Of a stretch of DNA of 64,000 nt, positions 13,101 through 28,100 are shown piece after piece. Source of the DNA: Octopus sinensis (Eukaryota); contig NC_043001.1 of the NCBI RefSeq assembly GCF_006345805.1, positions 27,776,001-27,840,000 of the forward strand, read 5' to 3'. The translations under genes were made by a program, and so were the position numbers. Numbering within the stretch: the stretch's first letter is position 1; the number at the start of each line of letters is the position of its first letter. Under the pieces are notes generated by a model. That model saw only the letters and a list, made by a program, of their open reading frames with translations. It made no database searches and had not been told where the DNA came from.

Positions 13101-16100
13101 GTGCTGATCTCACATGTATTAATCTCTTGTAAAGTGACTGGCTATCAGAAGGTACCAATGGTAAAACTTTCTCAGTAGGGATCTGTTGTCAAATAAGAAC
13201 TAATCTCATTATAACACTTTGAGAAATTACCTTAGCTAGAGATCCCATCAACAACAACTGAATATTTGTATTCTCTTTCCAAATCAAATAATGAAATATG
13301 AATTTGCTGAACAATTTCCTATCTTCTACACTTACACTTGTGCTCCCTTCTGCTCACATCCCAACCTTGCCTTCTCTTTATCTCTAGAATATAAATTTCT
13401 TCTATTCTGTTTAGATACATTTATTCCTCTTTTTTTTTTTTAAAAATCTTGCTCTTAAGTGACAGCAATAAAGATTAACAACTTCTTTCAGGTGAAGCTT
13501 TCTATCTCTTCTATGATCATCTATTACCCTAACTATTCACTAAACTTATCCAGCAATTTGTCTTTGATTGACCTTTACAACATCTTGAACACTTAATCTC
13601 ATTTCACCTTTAATCTCACTTGCTTTACTACCTACCATCATGTGCATATTTGGTACCTACTGACTTCTGCTTTATTGCTACATTTCACTGTACATTGAAT
13701 TACCACTCATCAGCTTCGTTTATCTCTTTTCATATGAATTAACTGATTTTCAATTCTAAGCCCTCATCAGTAGAATTTCATTCCTTATCCATCTGAAATT
13801 GTTGTTTCAACAATTGCTTAATCCTCTCATATATTCCACACATCAAACCAATGGCGCCTGAATGGTTTGCAAGAAGTTTAGTTGCTGCCATAGAAGCTCA
13901 GATTTACGCCACCTTGGGGGAATAAACCTCTGTTACTTACATGAAAGCATTTGTTTGCAAACACTTGTACAAGAACACTGCTCAGAGAGCAAAAGTTTCT
14001 TTAGCATGAATTATGATTTATTAATGTCCAACCCATGCCAGTATGGAAGATGGATGTTAAATGATGATGATGGTGATTAAAGTAGATCAGTCAATTTTGC
14101 CTATCACTTACCAACTGTGGTGACATTTCTTGTAGTCAATGCCTTTAAAATTGCTATCTACTCTGCACCCAACAAACCATTTATCAGATTTCCTCACTAA
14201 AGCAACTAACAAAAGCATAGACTCAGTATGTTACACATACATGCTCTCTCTTTCTGTCTGTCTTTCTCTCAGCAAACTTATATTTTCATTTTCTTATGAA
14301 TATTTACCTTGAAACATAAAACCCCACATAGGGTTTACTTATTTCTCTAACATTAGAGACAGTACACATTTTAAAACAGAAGACCTGCTCATCTTAAGCC
14401 AATATATATTTAAGATAATCATAATCCATACAAGACATATATCACAAAGTGTGGCTTCTTTGTGCTGCTCACACATCTGTGATAATGCACTCATGCACCA
14501 TATTGCCAAAAACATTGTGCTTCTGATGAGCATTCCTTCTTCACTCTATAATTTTTAACGTTTTGATCTGTTGTTATTTGTTCCATCTGTCACCCTAATC
14601 CCCTAAATTTGCTTCTGTCACCCTTGCTCTTTTACATTCTTCAAATTACATACTAAACATTACAATTCTTAAAACAAATAAGTGTGATAATCATTTGGAA
14701 TTACTGTAAAGCAAATTGAATATGGCTGTAGCCATTACACTCTATTGTAGCTAAGGCTTCATTTGATATTTTTATTAGTTCTGTCACACAATCTTTTTAT
14801 AGATGTTTTGTTAAATTTCCTTGGTTATAATGAAATTCAATTATAGAGTTCACTATTTTTAACTCCTGTGAGGTGCAATAATTTAAGTTCAATGCTAGTA
14901 CAAGAAAATGTGTACAGAATTATAGCATCTGCATATAATCAGAGTATATATAATGCATTGTAATAGTATATCTCTGCAACAAAACTTGATACTGTGTGGA
15001 AAACAAATATAAAAAAATATTAATTTTAGTTCATAATTTTAGTTAAATTAGAGTATATCAAAGTTGTTATATTTTTGAAATGTAGTCTTTTATCATGAGT
15101 GAAGTTATGTAAATTAATAACTTGATCAGTTTTGTAATTAAAAATTAAGATTTTGCTCTTGTATTCTAGATTCTATATTTCTGTACATTTTTTCTTTTCT
15201 ATTTTGAGGTATTATTTTATTGTGATTGTGTCTACTTTGAATGCAAATTGCTTTAAGTCAACTTAATTTGCTTTGTTTCATTTTCCTTTCAAGGGGCCAA
15301 TGTTAACCGTCAGACCTCAACAAATGATCACACAGTGCTTTCTTTAGCCTGTGCGGGAGGCCACCTTGAAGTTGTTGAACTGTTATTAAATAGCGGTGCT
15401 AACCTCACACACAGGTTGAAGGTGTGTATTTTCACTAAACAGAAATCATAATTTTATATGTATGCATTTTTGACTCGATTTTATGATTCTTAGGGGAAAA
15501 AAAAAATTGCAACCAAAAGTCATTGTTTATTGTACATATATTTGAATCAAAATAAATTTTAAACATATCATTCAAGATAATTATTAAAAATTATATTTGG
15601 AAAATTATTTTGCCTGAACATTACTCCATGCTTATGATAGAGAATTGTGAATAGTCTCTTAAAGTACATTTCCTTATGACTATCTAAGAAACATTTCAGA
15701 ATTTAGATACTTTCTTCATATTATTCAGGATGGCTCGACCATGATAATAGAAGCTGCCAAAGGAGGCCACACTGCAGTAGTAAGCCTGCTATTGGAGTTT
15801 CCAAATAGGTTTATGCATTCTGCTCCTGAATACTCTCAACCAACTCATCAAGATGTCAATCTTAACACTGAGGTAAGTCTTTTCTTATTGTTTTGTCTAA
15901 TTTTATGCAGCATCCATTTAAAATCATTAATGTAGAGGAGTAATATCTGATTTAGTATCAACATCAATATAGGAAAATAATGTCATTTTAAAAATGCTAA
16001 AAGAATTAATAAATAAATTGTTGCATCTTTGGAATTGGAAAATATCCTGTTTTTTTTTAATGCTTTTAAATTAAAATTGTTTATTGGAAAATATTGACGA

Positions 16101-19100
16101 TAGGTTATTCATATTTTATAATTTAAGTAATTTACCTGAACAAAATAGGTTATCTGTATTTTTCATCTATTATTTAATAGCATAGAGTCCCTGTACATGG
16201 CTTGGGAAATATTGTTCCTCCAAATGATCCAGATTCCGGTGCAATGAATGCTAATGGTTATGTTCCAAGTTTACCAGGTAATTACTTTTCATTTAAAACA
16301 ACTTATTCTTGGAATTATTTACACTGAAATATTCAAATGGAAGATAAGTTTTTCTAAGTAAAATAATCATTATTAAATTCTTCATTAAAATGTAAAGTAT
16401 AAATGTAATAATTTAGTTAAGATATTGTCATTTCTAATCAAAATTATTAAACATATTTAGGAAATTATCTTGCATAAACTTTACTCAAACAAAATTTGTA
16501 ATATATATATAAGCTATAGAAAGTCTCTTAAATGTATTTACCTTATGAATATCTATGAAACATTTTAGACTTAGTTTTGTGATTTGTCTTCTCTTCAAAT
16601 TCACTTTATTTTTTTTTTCTCTTTTCAAAGACCTTTCTCTTTCTCAGTTTATCACTGCAGTTAGACTGCTTGTGTTTGTAATTTTTGGTATTTGACCCAT
16701 TGTAAAATTTCCAGCTTCTGTTGAAGTTGATTTTTGTTTTGTAAATTCAAATTATAAAGAAGAATTCTCACAGTACATCTCTTCTAAATTCTATCTCCTG
16801 TCAGGAATGTCTTATAAACTGATGTAATTTAAGCCCATATCAACTTCACCTCCTTATTTTCATGTAAAAGAAAAACAAGTTAAATATTCTCAGAATATTG
16901 ATTATTATGTAGACATTTCAATGTATCTTGAACAAAATGTTTGCTTTGTTCTATTTTATAATAACCATAGACGTTTTAGAAAAATTAAACATGACTGGTT
17001 AAAACTATTTTTATTTCTCATGACTAGGTCATATTATTCACAAGTAAAAGTGATATTCGTGTATCCTGAAATTAAAACTTAGGATGTGTTCACGTGTGTG
17101 CGTGAGTGAGAGAGAGAGAGAGATGGTACGACCACACTTGGAATTTGCATCATCAGTTTGGAACCCCTATCTTGCTCAGAACATTGACCTCCTGGAATCT
17201 GTCCAGAAACGTGCAACCAAACGCATACCCTCCATCAGACACCTACCATATTCTTAGCACCTTGTTTCCCTGGGCATGGATTCACTGAAGCTCCGGCATC
17301 TGGCGACGGACTTGGTAAACACCCACAAAGTTATCAACCACCTCACCAACAACAACACTGAACACCTTTTTGATCTCCATGTGTCTAACACACGTGGACA
17401 TGCCTACAAAGTCAGAAAACAACACAGCTCCCATGACTTTCGGAAACATTTTTTCATGCTCAGAGTTGCTGAAGCATGGAATAAACTGCCTGCGTCAGTT
17501 GTTGACTGCCATGACACTGCATCCTTTAAGGCCCTCATGCTTTCCAAAATCTGCCAAAACTACACCTGATTATATATACACTTTAGATGAGTTGTAGTGC
17601 ACCTGAGCACTGTACACAATTATTATTATTATTATTTTAAATGTACTGTTTGATAATTGAAATAAAATGGTTTGATTATCTACTAATTGTTTAGCTTAAT
17701 GTATTTCTTTCATCACAAATTTATGTTGTGTGTATATTAAATTGATTTTAGAATGTGAAGTTCCAGGTTCCAGTGCTTCTTTGGAGTTGTCCCAACCTCG
17801 ACAAACTATACAGAGAATGTCTGTGCAGCAACAACAACAGCAGCAACTCCAGCTTCATATGATGCCCCAAGAGCAAATTCTCCAGCTTTTTTCACAGAGC
17901 ACACTGCCACAGCCGCAACCCCCTCCACCACCCCAGCAGCAGGCTCCACCACAACAACAGCAACTACAACTTCCTCCGCAGCAGATCCATCCTCCTGCCC
18001 AGCAGGTATCTTCTCCTCCTCCTCCCCCTCCTGTACAGCCACAGTCACAACAAGTTTTAGCTTCATCTATCCAGCAGGGTGGTGCTCCCACAGTTGCAAT
18101 GGCAACAGGAGCAAGTGTCCAGTCTGTTGCCCAGCACCATTATCTAACCCAACAGCAGCAGCATCAACTCTTGCAGCAACAACTCCTGCAACAACAGCAG
18201 GCCCACTTGATACAACAACAACTGCAGGTAAGACCATACCACTGGATTAAATTTTAGCAATAATATAAAGATAGCAAAATCATACTCATGGCTTGGAAGT
18301 ATTTTAATGGAAAAGTAATTTTTAAACTCTTTTTTTGATGAGCTACTTGTGACATATTGTTTAATTTTCTTCCCAATGATCTCCATAATTATATTTTATA
18401 ACACAAGTATAAATATAGACTTAAAAGACTTCGCATCCTAATGGTCAAAACAAATGACTGAGCAACTGATATTAGGAAAATATCTCAACTAAAACATAGT
18501 TTATCTTACTGAAAAATTTTAGCAAAAATAATATTTTGAAGGTTAATTAAATCTTTTTGCTATCACTAATTTTAGCAATAAACATCATTGGATAATTTAC
18601 TTAAAATACTTACAATAATATATTGGATATAATATTGAATGTTTTTAAACCAAAAACCAAAGCATTTACAAACTTAGTGTTCACCTTATGTGTTTCCATG
18701 TTTCAATGTTTCATAGCCAAATGAAAGTATGGATTGATAAATCTATAGATAAAAGGAATGACCCAAACATTGGAAGCTTTGGCTGCTAATATTTATAGGA
18801 GTCTAAGAAAATTTATTAAAACAAAGAAAAATGGAGCATAAAGTTAACGATAGGTGTTTAAATTTGTAGTTATGTTATCAATTTAGACTTATTTTCATGT
18901 GTTTGCAATTGAAAGATAATTCTTGTAAGTTGAAAATTACATTGGCAATCTTTATTTCTTCTTTCTTTTTAGGTTAGCCAACCTAATATGCCTAAGGTTA
19001 GGTGGAAACGCCATATACCAAACAACCATCAAAATTTACAGGCACCAAATTCTGTAGGTTTGGACACAGTTCCAACTCCTTCAACTACTCCACATACACC

Positions 19101-22100
19101 TACAGCTTCTCCAGCATCTCCAGGTGTACCTCATCTTCAACGTTATCTTTCACAACATATAGATCTGGATGCACAGACTGATAGTAACCATGACACTGCG
19201 TTGACTTTAGCTTGTACTGCTGGCTATTCTGACTTAGTCAGGTTGTTGTTGTCCAAGACAGCTGATATTGAGCACCGCGATAAAAAAGGTCAGTTCTCAT
19301 TCAATTCATGAAATTAAATGATTTATATTTCTTAGGCTAGGATGGTTTCTAATTTAATGTGTGTGTATGTGTATATATTAGGCAAAAGTTTTTTTTTAAT
19401 ATTGGAGTCACACCCAAATAGCTGAAACCTCTCGAAGAAATATGTTTGTGTTTTATTAGTATCCTGCTTTTAAATTTTTATTTGATTTATTTTATATTTT
19501 TGGCAAAGACAACTCTCAAAATAATATTTTCGAATTGTTATAAAAGATTTGATTAATAAACCCAGTCTCTTTACTACCATCACTGCCTGAACCTTGAGTT
19601 CTTTTAGTGAAATGTACTCTGCTGATCTCTTGTGTGATTACATCTGCATATATTGTTTTCTGCTGTAGCAGCCTATGTTGTGAATTCCCTCAACCAGTCT
19701 TTGAGGCTCTGACTAAACCATAAAACAACACTATTCTGCTTTCTCTTAAACATTTAGAGCAAAACTATCTTTTAAATGACTTAGACACTAACTTTTTTTA
19801 AGATTTATTATATCTATTTAGTATATTTGAAAAATCTATGTATTTCCAAATGGTTATGAAATAGAATAGTAAGATATATGTTTGGTGAGGTAATTTCTAA
19901 TGGTCATTAGCATATTTGACCACCAAATTCACTTTATGAATTTTCCAAATATTTATTTCTTTATTGCCCACAAGTGGCTAAACATAGAGGGGGCAAACAA
20001 GGACAGACAAAGGGTTTAAGTCGATTACATCGAACCCAGTGCTTAATTTATCGACCCCGAAAGGACGAAAGGCAAATTCGCCCTCGGCAGAATTTGAACT
20101 CAGAACGTAACAGCATACGAAATACCGCTAAGTATTTCGCCCGGTGTGCTAACGTTCCTGCCAGCTCGCCACCTTAATTTTCCAAATATTTCTAAGGGAT
20201 AACTTGAATGTAATAAACAACTTAACAACTTAAATGTTTAACAAATTAAATGTTGTATCACTTAAGCCTATTTTGTGATATTCCTGTTGCAAACAGTATG
20301 CCTTATACTGTTGGATGCATGTGCATTGAATATTATATAGAATGGCACCTGTCATTATATACAGTTACTAATCAGATCCAGCCTGAAGCTAGTGGCATTT
20401 CCGAATGGGACAGTTTAAAAAACTCTATGGCTGATTACTGAAATGGTTTCTTCAGTCATACAAGCTGTGTTGAGTTCAATTCTATAAGTTAATGAACAGC
20501 TTGTAAAATTTAATGGTGCTTTCATTGCCTAGTGTAACTCGTTATATCTGCTTTGTGGTACTGCTCGGTTAACTGACCTATGTGTGAGACACCTTTGCTA
20601 TAGGCTCAATACATATGATTGATAGGATTCAATCTGGTAGCCTCTCAGCTGGTTATTTGGTATTCTATTTGTTCATCCAAGCTTTTTATGTGTATCCAAC
20701 AATGTCAAAGTAATAATAATTATAATCAGTTCAAAGTCTTATTTGTACTGCTCTTTAGATTTTGTTATTCCATAAGAGTGATCAAATCTAATAATCTGTT
20801 GATGTGTGTATATGAAATAAAATATGAGCAGATATTTCTGAATGTTATATTCATAAAGGTTGTTTTTTACTTTTAGGTTTTACCCCATTGATTTTGGCTG
20901 CAACAGCTGGCCATGTAGAAGTTGTGGAAATCCTTTTGGACCACAATGCTGAGATAGAAGCCCAATCTGAACGAACCAAAGACACTCCATTGTCTCTAGC
21001 ATGTTCTGGAGGAAAATTTGATGTTAGTTTCTGATTTATTTTATTCTTTAAAACTATGTGTGTTATGGGACCAAGAATTTTTCTGCCTTGTTTTGTTGCT
21101 AGATGCTCCATGTTTTTGATATAGGTGTATGTTCATGATTCCCAAACTTTTTTTGCCAACTTCTTATCTCTATATTCTAATCCTAATGCTTCCAACTCAA
21201 AATAGTCAATTATACAATGCAATAATTCTGGAAGTTTCAAAAGGACAATAGGATTGCTTAAGCGGTTTCTTTACTGTGGGTTTGGGACAATAGCATCCGT
21301 TTTATGAACCAGTTGTTTATATGCAGTGTTTGGCTGCAATGTGTTCAACATTTATACGGGATTGTTACAATTCATAAAACTAAGATTGTCTAAAATATAT
21401 GAAATCTGTTACATTATTTTAAAATTGTTTAAATTAACAAGCACTTATTTACATACATTAATAAATAATTTATATGTAAAATTCATCAACAGAAAACTGT
21501 TTGATTTCTAGTTGAAATGGGATCTATTTTTTTTCAACTTTATAGTACAATTCTAGTTTTATTTTATTAAATGCATATCATCTTGTGATCCTTTTTTAAT
21601 TTGAGTTTATTTTTATTTATTTTTATTCAGGTGGTAGAATTGTTGTTATCTCGCGTGGCAAACAAAGAACATCGCAATGTTTCTGATTATACACCTTTAA
21701 GCTTAGCAGCATCAGGGGGTTATGTCAATATTATAAAATTATTGCTTTCAAATGGAGCAGAAATCAATTCACGGTAAGCTAATTTTATTCTGTAGTTTGA
21801 TACCAATGTTATGGTTTTATATTTTTCTTGGCAGAATATTTGATCTACCTGCTTCAATTTACTTAATTAGTGAGGAGATAGAAATCCCTAAAGTATGCTA
21901 CTTACTTTCACTAAACTTGCATTTTCTCTTGTGTAAAATTTATCTTCACTCTAGTTCAGATGCTCATATTAAACACTGATCCTTCAAATTCATGAAATAC
22001 TTAGCACATTTTTTTCTTAATCAAAATGTTTTATTGTCAGATATTAATAAATTGGCTTTTTTTCCTACTATTCATTAAATTTTCATGTATTTTTCCATTC

Positions 22101-25100
22101 AATTTCTGCAGAACATTGAGATGCTGTCAAATATTATGGAAAAAATTTGTCAATTTCTTGGCAATATGTTTTTGCTAGGATTAGATAGAGAATGAGTCTA
22201 TTTGCTGATCTCTAAATAGTGACCATCATCTATTGAAGTAGCTTGGATTTGGGAAAGCATTTTGGTGCTATTCTAAGAGGACACACTTCGTAATGACATT
22301 TTGACAAAGTAACTGTTAAAAAACAGAGCGGAAGGAATATAATTGTCTAGATTATTTTCCAGGACTTGTTGAATGTCATTGTTACTTTCTAGATAGTACA
22401 ATACTGACATAAAAAATAGAATTTTCAAGTAAATACAACTCTTACTTAACCAAAAATAAGAGATTGTAGTTATGTCTGTAAAACATTTTGTGAAGTGTGG
22501 AAACCAGGATTCAAAAGCAAGATGTGGCTTATAGAGGAGGTTAATAATTGCTTCTAGAAGTAGTAAGGTAAAACTTCAAGAATAGTTAGCAGTAGATGTT
22601 TATGAAGTTAAAAGATTTTCTGTAATTAATATGAATTTGTTTTATTTATTTCTTGAAAAAATATATAATAAACACTGACAAAATTTCCATCCAATTTCAG
22701 TTTCTCATTTATTTTCTAATTACACAATGTCCATTCTTTTTCAGAACTGGAAGCAAACTTGGCATTTCTCCTCTCATGTTAGCAGCTATGAATGGTCACT
22801 CTGCTGCTGTCAAATTGCTTCTTGATATGGGTAGTGATATAAATGCTCAGGTGAATAACAGATTTTATTTCTTCTAGTTCTGGTTGAAAAAAAAAATTCT
22901 TGTAAATAGTTTTTATATATAAATATATTTTTGGATGTTAATTCTAAGATCTTCAACTAATTGCTTCTAATTTTGCCCGATTGCTTTTTTGCGTATACAT
23001 ATCACCTAACTTTACTTAAATATAAATGTTTCTGATGAAGACTACTTGAAAGTGGGGGCTGTCAGCACTTTTTGTATACTGGTGAATACATTGAGATATC
23101 AACAAAACTAGATTAATTCAAGCCTTTTATTTGGTTTTATGTATGCATATTTGTATATAGGAGAAATGTACACTCGTTTAAGAAGAAAAACAATATAGAC
23201 ACTGAATGGAACATTTTAAACTTTCATTACCATATTTCTGTTGAAATAAACAATTTTTGTTTTGGTTAACTTTGAGAATAATGAAGAATTATGAAAATTA
23301 TTTTGTTATGAAGCCAGAGTTAAGTTGTAGGATATTGTTAAGGAAGATTTTAATTTAAATCACTTTAAAATAGGTAGTTTGTATCATTAACTCAGGAGTG
23401 TTGAAATAAGAAGGCTTTAATTTTAATGCTTTTACAGTGTCCTTTGTATTTATTTCTAGCATTTTTAGCAGCTGTATCACCATTAGTGTTGTTCTGAAAG
23501 TTATTTTATTTTGTTTTCTTTTTTAGATTGAGACAAATAAAAACACAGCCTTGACACTGGCATGTTTCCAGGGGCGTCATGAAGTTGTAAGCCTTTTGGT
23601 AGATCGAAAAGCAAACATTGAGCACCGTGCTAAGGTAAATGTCAATTATCCTTCTCCATTTTAACAAACCAATACAAAATTAAGTGTTGGTTGTTTGATT
23701 CATAAATAGTAGGGATATTTCTCCTCTTCCTTTCTCACCTCAACTAATTGTGAAATTTTTTAAGATATAGGGAATTTTTGCATTTTTTTATATCCTTTTG
23801 ACAATAATCAAATTCCCAATTTCTGATTTTTATCTTGTAGACCGGTCTTACTCCATTGATGGAAGCCGCTTCTGGTGGTTATGTTGAAGTTGGAAAAGTT
23901 TTGTTAGACAAGGGAGCTGATGTGAATGCAGCTCCTGTGCCATCATCAAGAGATACAGCACTGACCATTGCTGCTGACAAGGGACATTATAGATTTGTTG
24001 AACTGCTGCTTTCCAGGTAAGTAGCTATTATGAACAAGAGCTGATTATACATGAAATGACTTGATTTAGACACAAATTATAGAATTATCAGTCTGATATT
24101 GCAGTGGTTCACAGATTCACATGTTGTCTAAAATCTGTACCTAGATCCTGTTGGTTTGAAGTAACCAGAGATTCTTTTAGATTTGGTGTGTATGTGTGTG
24201 GTAGTTTGCCAGGTTTTGGTGGGGATTCACTTTGTGTGCAGTATGGTGTTGGATATAATGTAGGCAGCAAATATGAAGGCTTTCTCTGCAGGGTAGAGAT
24301 CCTTTTGACAGAAATCAAAAAGTTTGGCTGCTGTTGGGGAGGCAAGAGACCGTGTGGGTAGTGTGATACATAGAAGCATCTTTCATGTTTTGCGTGATAG
24401 TCATGCAAAATTTATGGTGCTGAGTAAAAGCATTTGGTGTAGAAGCCCATGATTTTCTCCATGCATTGAAGGCGTTGTTCTTTATGATTGAATCACAGGG
24501 AAAATTTGAGATTATGAGTTTATATGTGTGTGACTTGTTAGAAGACATGCCTTAGAAGATGGTTATAGGATTTCAGAGAGTAGTAGAGGTAACATATATC
24601 TGGAGGAGTGGGGGAAGGTAACTTTGACCCAGTGGAACTAAGCTTTTGTTGCTGATATCCAGAGGGGAAATATGAATATATTTTAGTCTGGACAGCAAAG
24701 ATGAACTATAAAGATTGATCAATTTCTGTTTTGGAGAGGATTAAGTTGTATGGTTTGCATGTTTACAAGAAGTGATGGATGGGATCTAGCTGAACTGGAG
24801 TTCATGGATGTTGAGGAAGAGGATGACTTCATTCATAATACTCTTTAAGCAATCTTAATAACTGGGAAATGATAGTACTTTCATTTTGTACCATAGATTT
24901 ATAGGATATTTGGAAACAATAATCTGTATGTATTTCTTAAATTCTTCTAGAAATGCTGCTGTTGATGTGAAAAACAAAAAAGGCAATTCTCCTCTGTGGT
25001 TAGCGTGTAATGGTAAGTTCTTCACCTTTTCTTTTTTTTTAATAATTTTTTGTTTAAAAAAATGTTGATTCACTGAGTTTTAATGTAGAATAGGTTTAGT

Positions 25101-28100
25101 ATAATCATAAGCTTATAGCAGATATACTGTTTTATAACCTTAATTTACTTTAGGAGTCTCTTTTCTTTGAATACTTTTCCCCTTGTTGGCAGAGGTTGGT
25201 AATCCAGAATTCTAACATCTGTCCAAATCTCGCATCTTTTGCATATTCTGAGATCAGATGTAACTCCTTTGGTCTTATTTGATCTATCTTTATTATGATT
25301 ATCCTGTTAAGACTACTTTGCAGTTTGAATTATTTTGTGTTACTCTGACACACTGCTGCTTCTTTCTTAACTAAGACAATGTCTGCTCTTCTGTGTAGTC
25401 TCTTACCTCTTTCTGCCTACTATTACTTTCTCAGACACACACACACTTTTCAAGCACATAACTTACCAGAATCTTAACAAAATTTCAACCTTCCTGAAAT
25501 CCTTCATTAGGCCTCTAATTCAACTGCAGCTGTTGTTGGAGTAGTGCTTATTATGTCTCTGAACCTTAGCTGTCCCCTAAACTACCTCTTTCTTTATAAA
25601 TACTTAGATATGTTATATTCCTACCATCATGTCTGTTTTGTTTTAGTTTTAAAAATGATGAATCTTTATTTACTTAAAAATAATTTAGTTGTATGTAGCT
25701 AACATTTACAACAAATCTTTTCAAATATTATTTTACAACCCTTTTTTTTCATTTGTAAATGAGTGAAATGACATTTTGTTAGAGCAATTTGTTTTTACAG
25801 CTGGATGACGTTCCTTAATGTTATCTTATTAACTGTGATTTATATATTTAATTTGTTGGTTAGGCAAATTAGAGCAAGTATAGTTTTGTTTTGATCAGCA
25901 GTATAAGGTAATGACTGTAAGGCAATATAATACTTCCTCAAATAATTAAACAGCTGATGTCATAGCATTCTGTATAACCTCTATACTTTTATGAGCATTT
26001 GATGAGATTTAGTCAGAGACTAGACAAAACAAAAAAAAAAATAGAATTGGAAAGAAATATTGAGTAATCATGTACAGGTATATGTAATTTGTTAATTGTA
26101 TATAATAAAGAAAAAATAACTAAATGTAAGATAAAATTTGCATTGTGCATCAAAAATTTAATGAACATAATGTTAAAAATATATATGAAATTTCCTTTCT
26201 TTTGTTTTTCACTTTTTAAAACTGAAATGAATTTTATGAAATTAGTGGACATGAATTTCAAATATATAGCAATGAGTTAAAATTTTATATTATCATTTGA
26301 TTGTCGAAAGTTTTGCTAAAAACATTCAGCTCTTTCTTACAAGAGATTTTTTGTCAAGGTAGTTTGAGCAATCTCTCTATTTTATTTTTCACTTTTGAGC
26401 AGGAAATAGTCAATAATGCAGGAGGAACTTTCTTTTCCTTTTAAATTAAAATGTAGGTATTGGAGTTCTTTGTATATTATATCAAATTTTAATGTCACAT
26501 TTTTGTACAAACGAAGATATTATGCTGTTGGGATGTTTTATCACTTGAAACCTGAGCATGAAAGCTTTGTAAAGAAAATAAATACTTCCTATAAAATAGT
26601 TTGTATTTGTAATTCTGTGACGAGAGAAAATATGTGGTACAAGAGCTATTCCAACTAAATATGTATTTTAGAATTTAAGGTTGAGAGAAGTGGGCAACTA
26701 AGAAATATGGAAACATTGTCGCCTGTACCCAACTGCAAAGTCATTTATATTATGCTATGATTCTAAGTTGTACATAGCTTAATTTTTCAAAATTGCTGCA
26801 GCAGATATTACTTAATCACTTTGCTCTTTATGGAGCATAGGCCATTGATGACTTTGGTTCACTAATCTCTGTTCTGGGCTGCTTTCATCTTGGATACCAG
26901 ATCAGTTTTGTTGCTTCTGTAATTTTGCTTTTTTCTCAGTACGGGGTTAGTCTTACACAAACCCTTTCTTAACTCTGGGAAGAAGTGGTCCTTGTTAGTC
27001 TGGCCTCTATCCTTTGCTCTGTCCAGCATGAGAGGCCCTACTAGAAGCTTGCACTTCATCAGTATTGAGGTATACAATCCAGCATACTGCAACAATGACA
27101 GGACCTTGAGATGCACAAAAGATATTAGTGAAGAGATAGTTAAATCACAATGATAGTTTGTATGTTTCACTAAAATTTAAATGCCTAAATTTAATCTAAT
27201 TTTTTCCCTTTCTTTTCAAGGTGGCCACCTTGATGTTGTACAGTTACTTGTAGGCCACAGAGCTGATATCGACAGTGATGACAACCGTAAAGTATCCTGT
27301 TTAGTTGCTGCTTTTCGGAAGGGGCACATAAAAGTAGTGAAGTGGATGGTGAAGTACGTCACGCAGTTCCCTCTTGACAATGAGCTCCAACGGTATATAA
27401 GCACAGTAACAGATCCAGTACGTTTCTAAATGTTTCTTACTGTCATTTTTTTTTTCCAATTCTATTCCAAGTTTCCACTTGTTTGTGCTTAAAGTTGGTC
27501 GTACAAAATTCTAAGTCCAAATTACTTCTTTTTACTAAAGCAGTGCTTTTTTTTGTATTAAGGGACTATTGATCTATTTAAAAATTCTACCCAAACTTGC
27601 TCATCACACCTTCAATCCTACTCATTCTGGTAGTCTGTCTCCCATCCCCCACCTCATTCTCCTTCCCATACAATCTTGCAAATTGATTCTTCAACTCACT
27701 TTGTGCTTTGTGGGGCCATCTAAGCACCTCATCACCATTATCTATTGCAACTCCTGTTTATTTTCTCCTTCTCTTCCTACCTCTTCTATATGTGAGTAAC
27801 CATGCAGATCTTTTTACAAAATCCTGCATTCCCCCTCCCACCTTTTCATAGTTCAATATCTTGTCCACTATCATGAAGCTGACCCCTCTATTGCACCCCA
27901 CAGAGCCTGTAGTTCTGCAAGCTGCATGCTAACCTCAATAGTGCAGGTGGCACAAAAAATGCACTCAGTCCACACTATAAAGTAGGTGCTGAGATGGGCA
28001 TCCAGCCACAGGCATTGGTTCACGATGCAGTCCTTGGACACATCATATCCTGTCAAGCTGTCCAGCCCGTGTGCTCTCATGGAACATAGGCGTTAAATGA

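Noticed and set aside
16176-16185. Tandem acceptor aatag-catag
   Set aside because: The second AG is 5 nt downstream and would frameshift, so it is unlikely to give a functional isoform.
17806-18091. Antisense Cys/Gly- and Val-rich ORFs
   Set aside because: Shadow frames of the polyQ/polyP exon.
23025-23060. atgtttctgatgaagactacttgaaagt hammerhead-like core
   Set aside because: No closable helix II or helix I; at most a dead relic.
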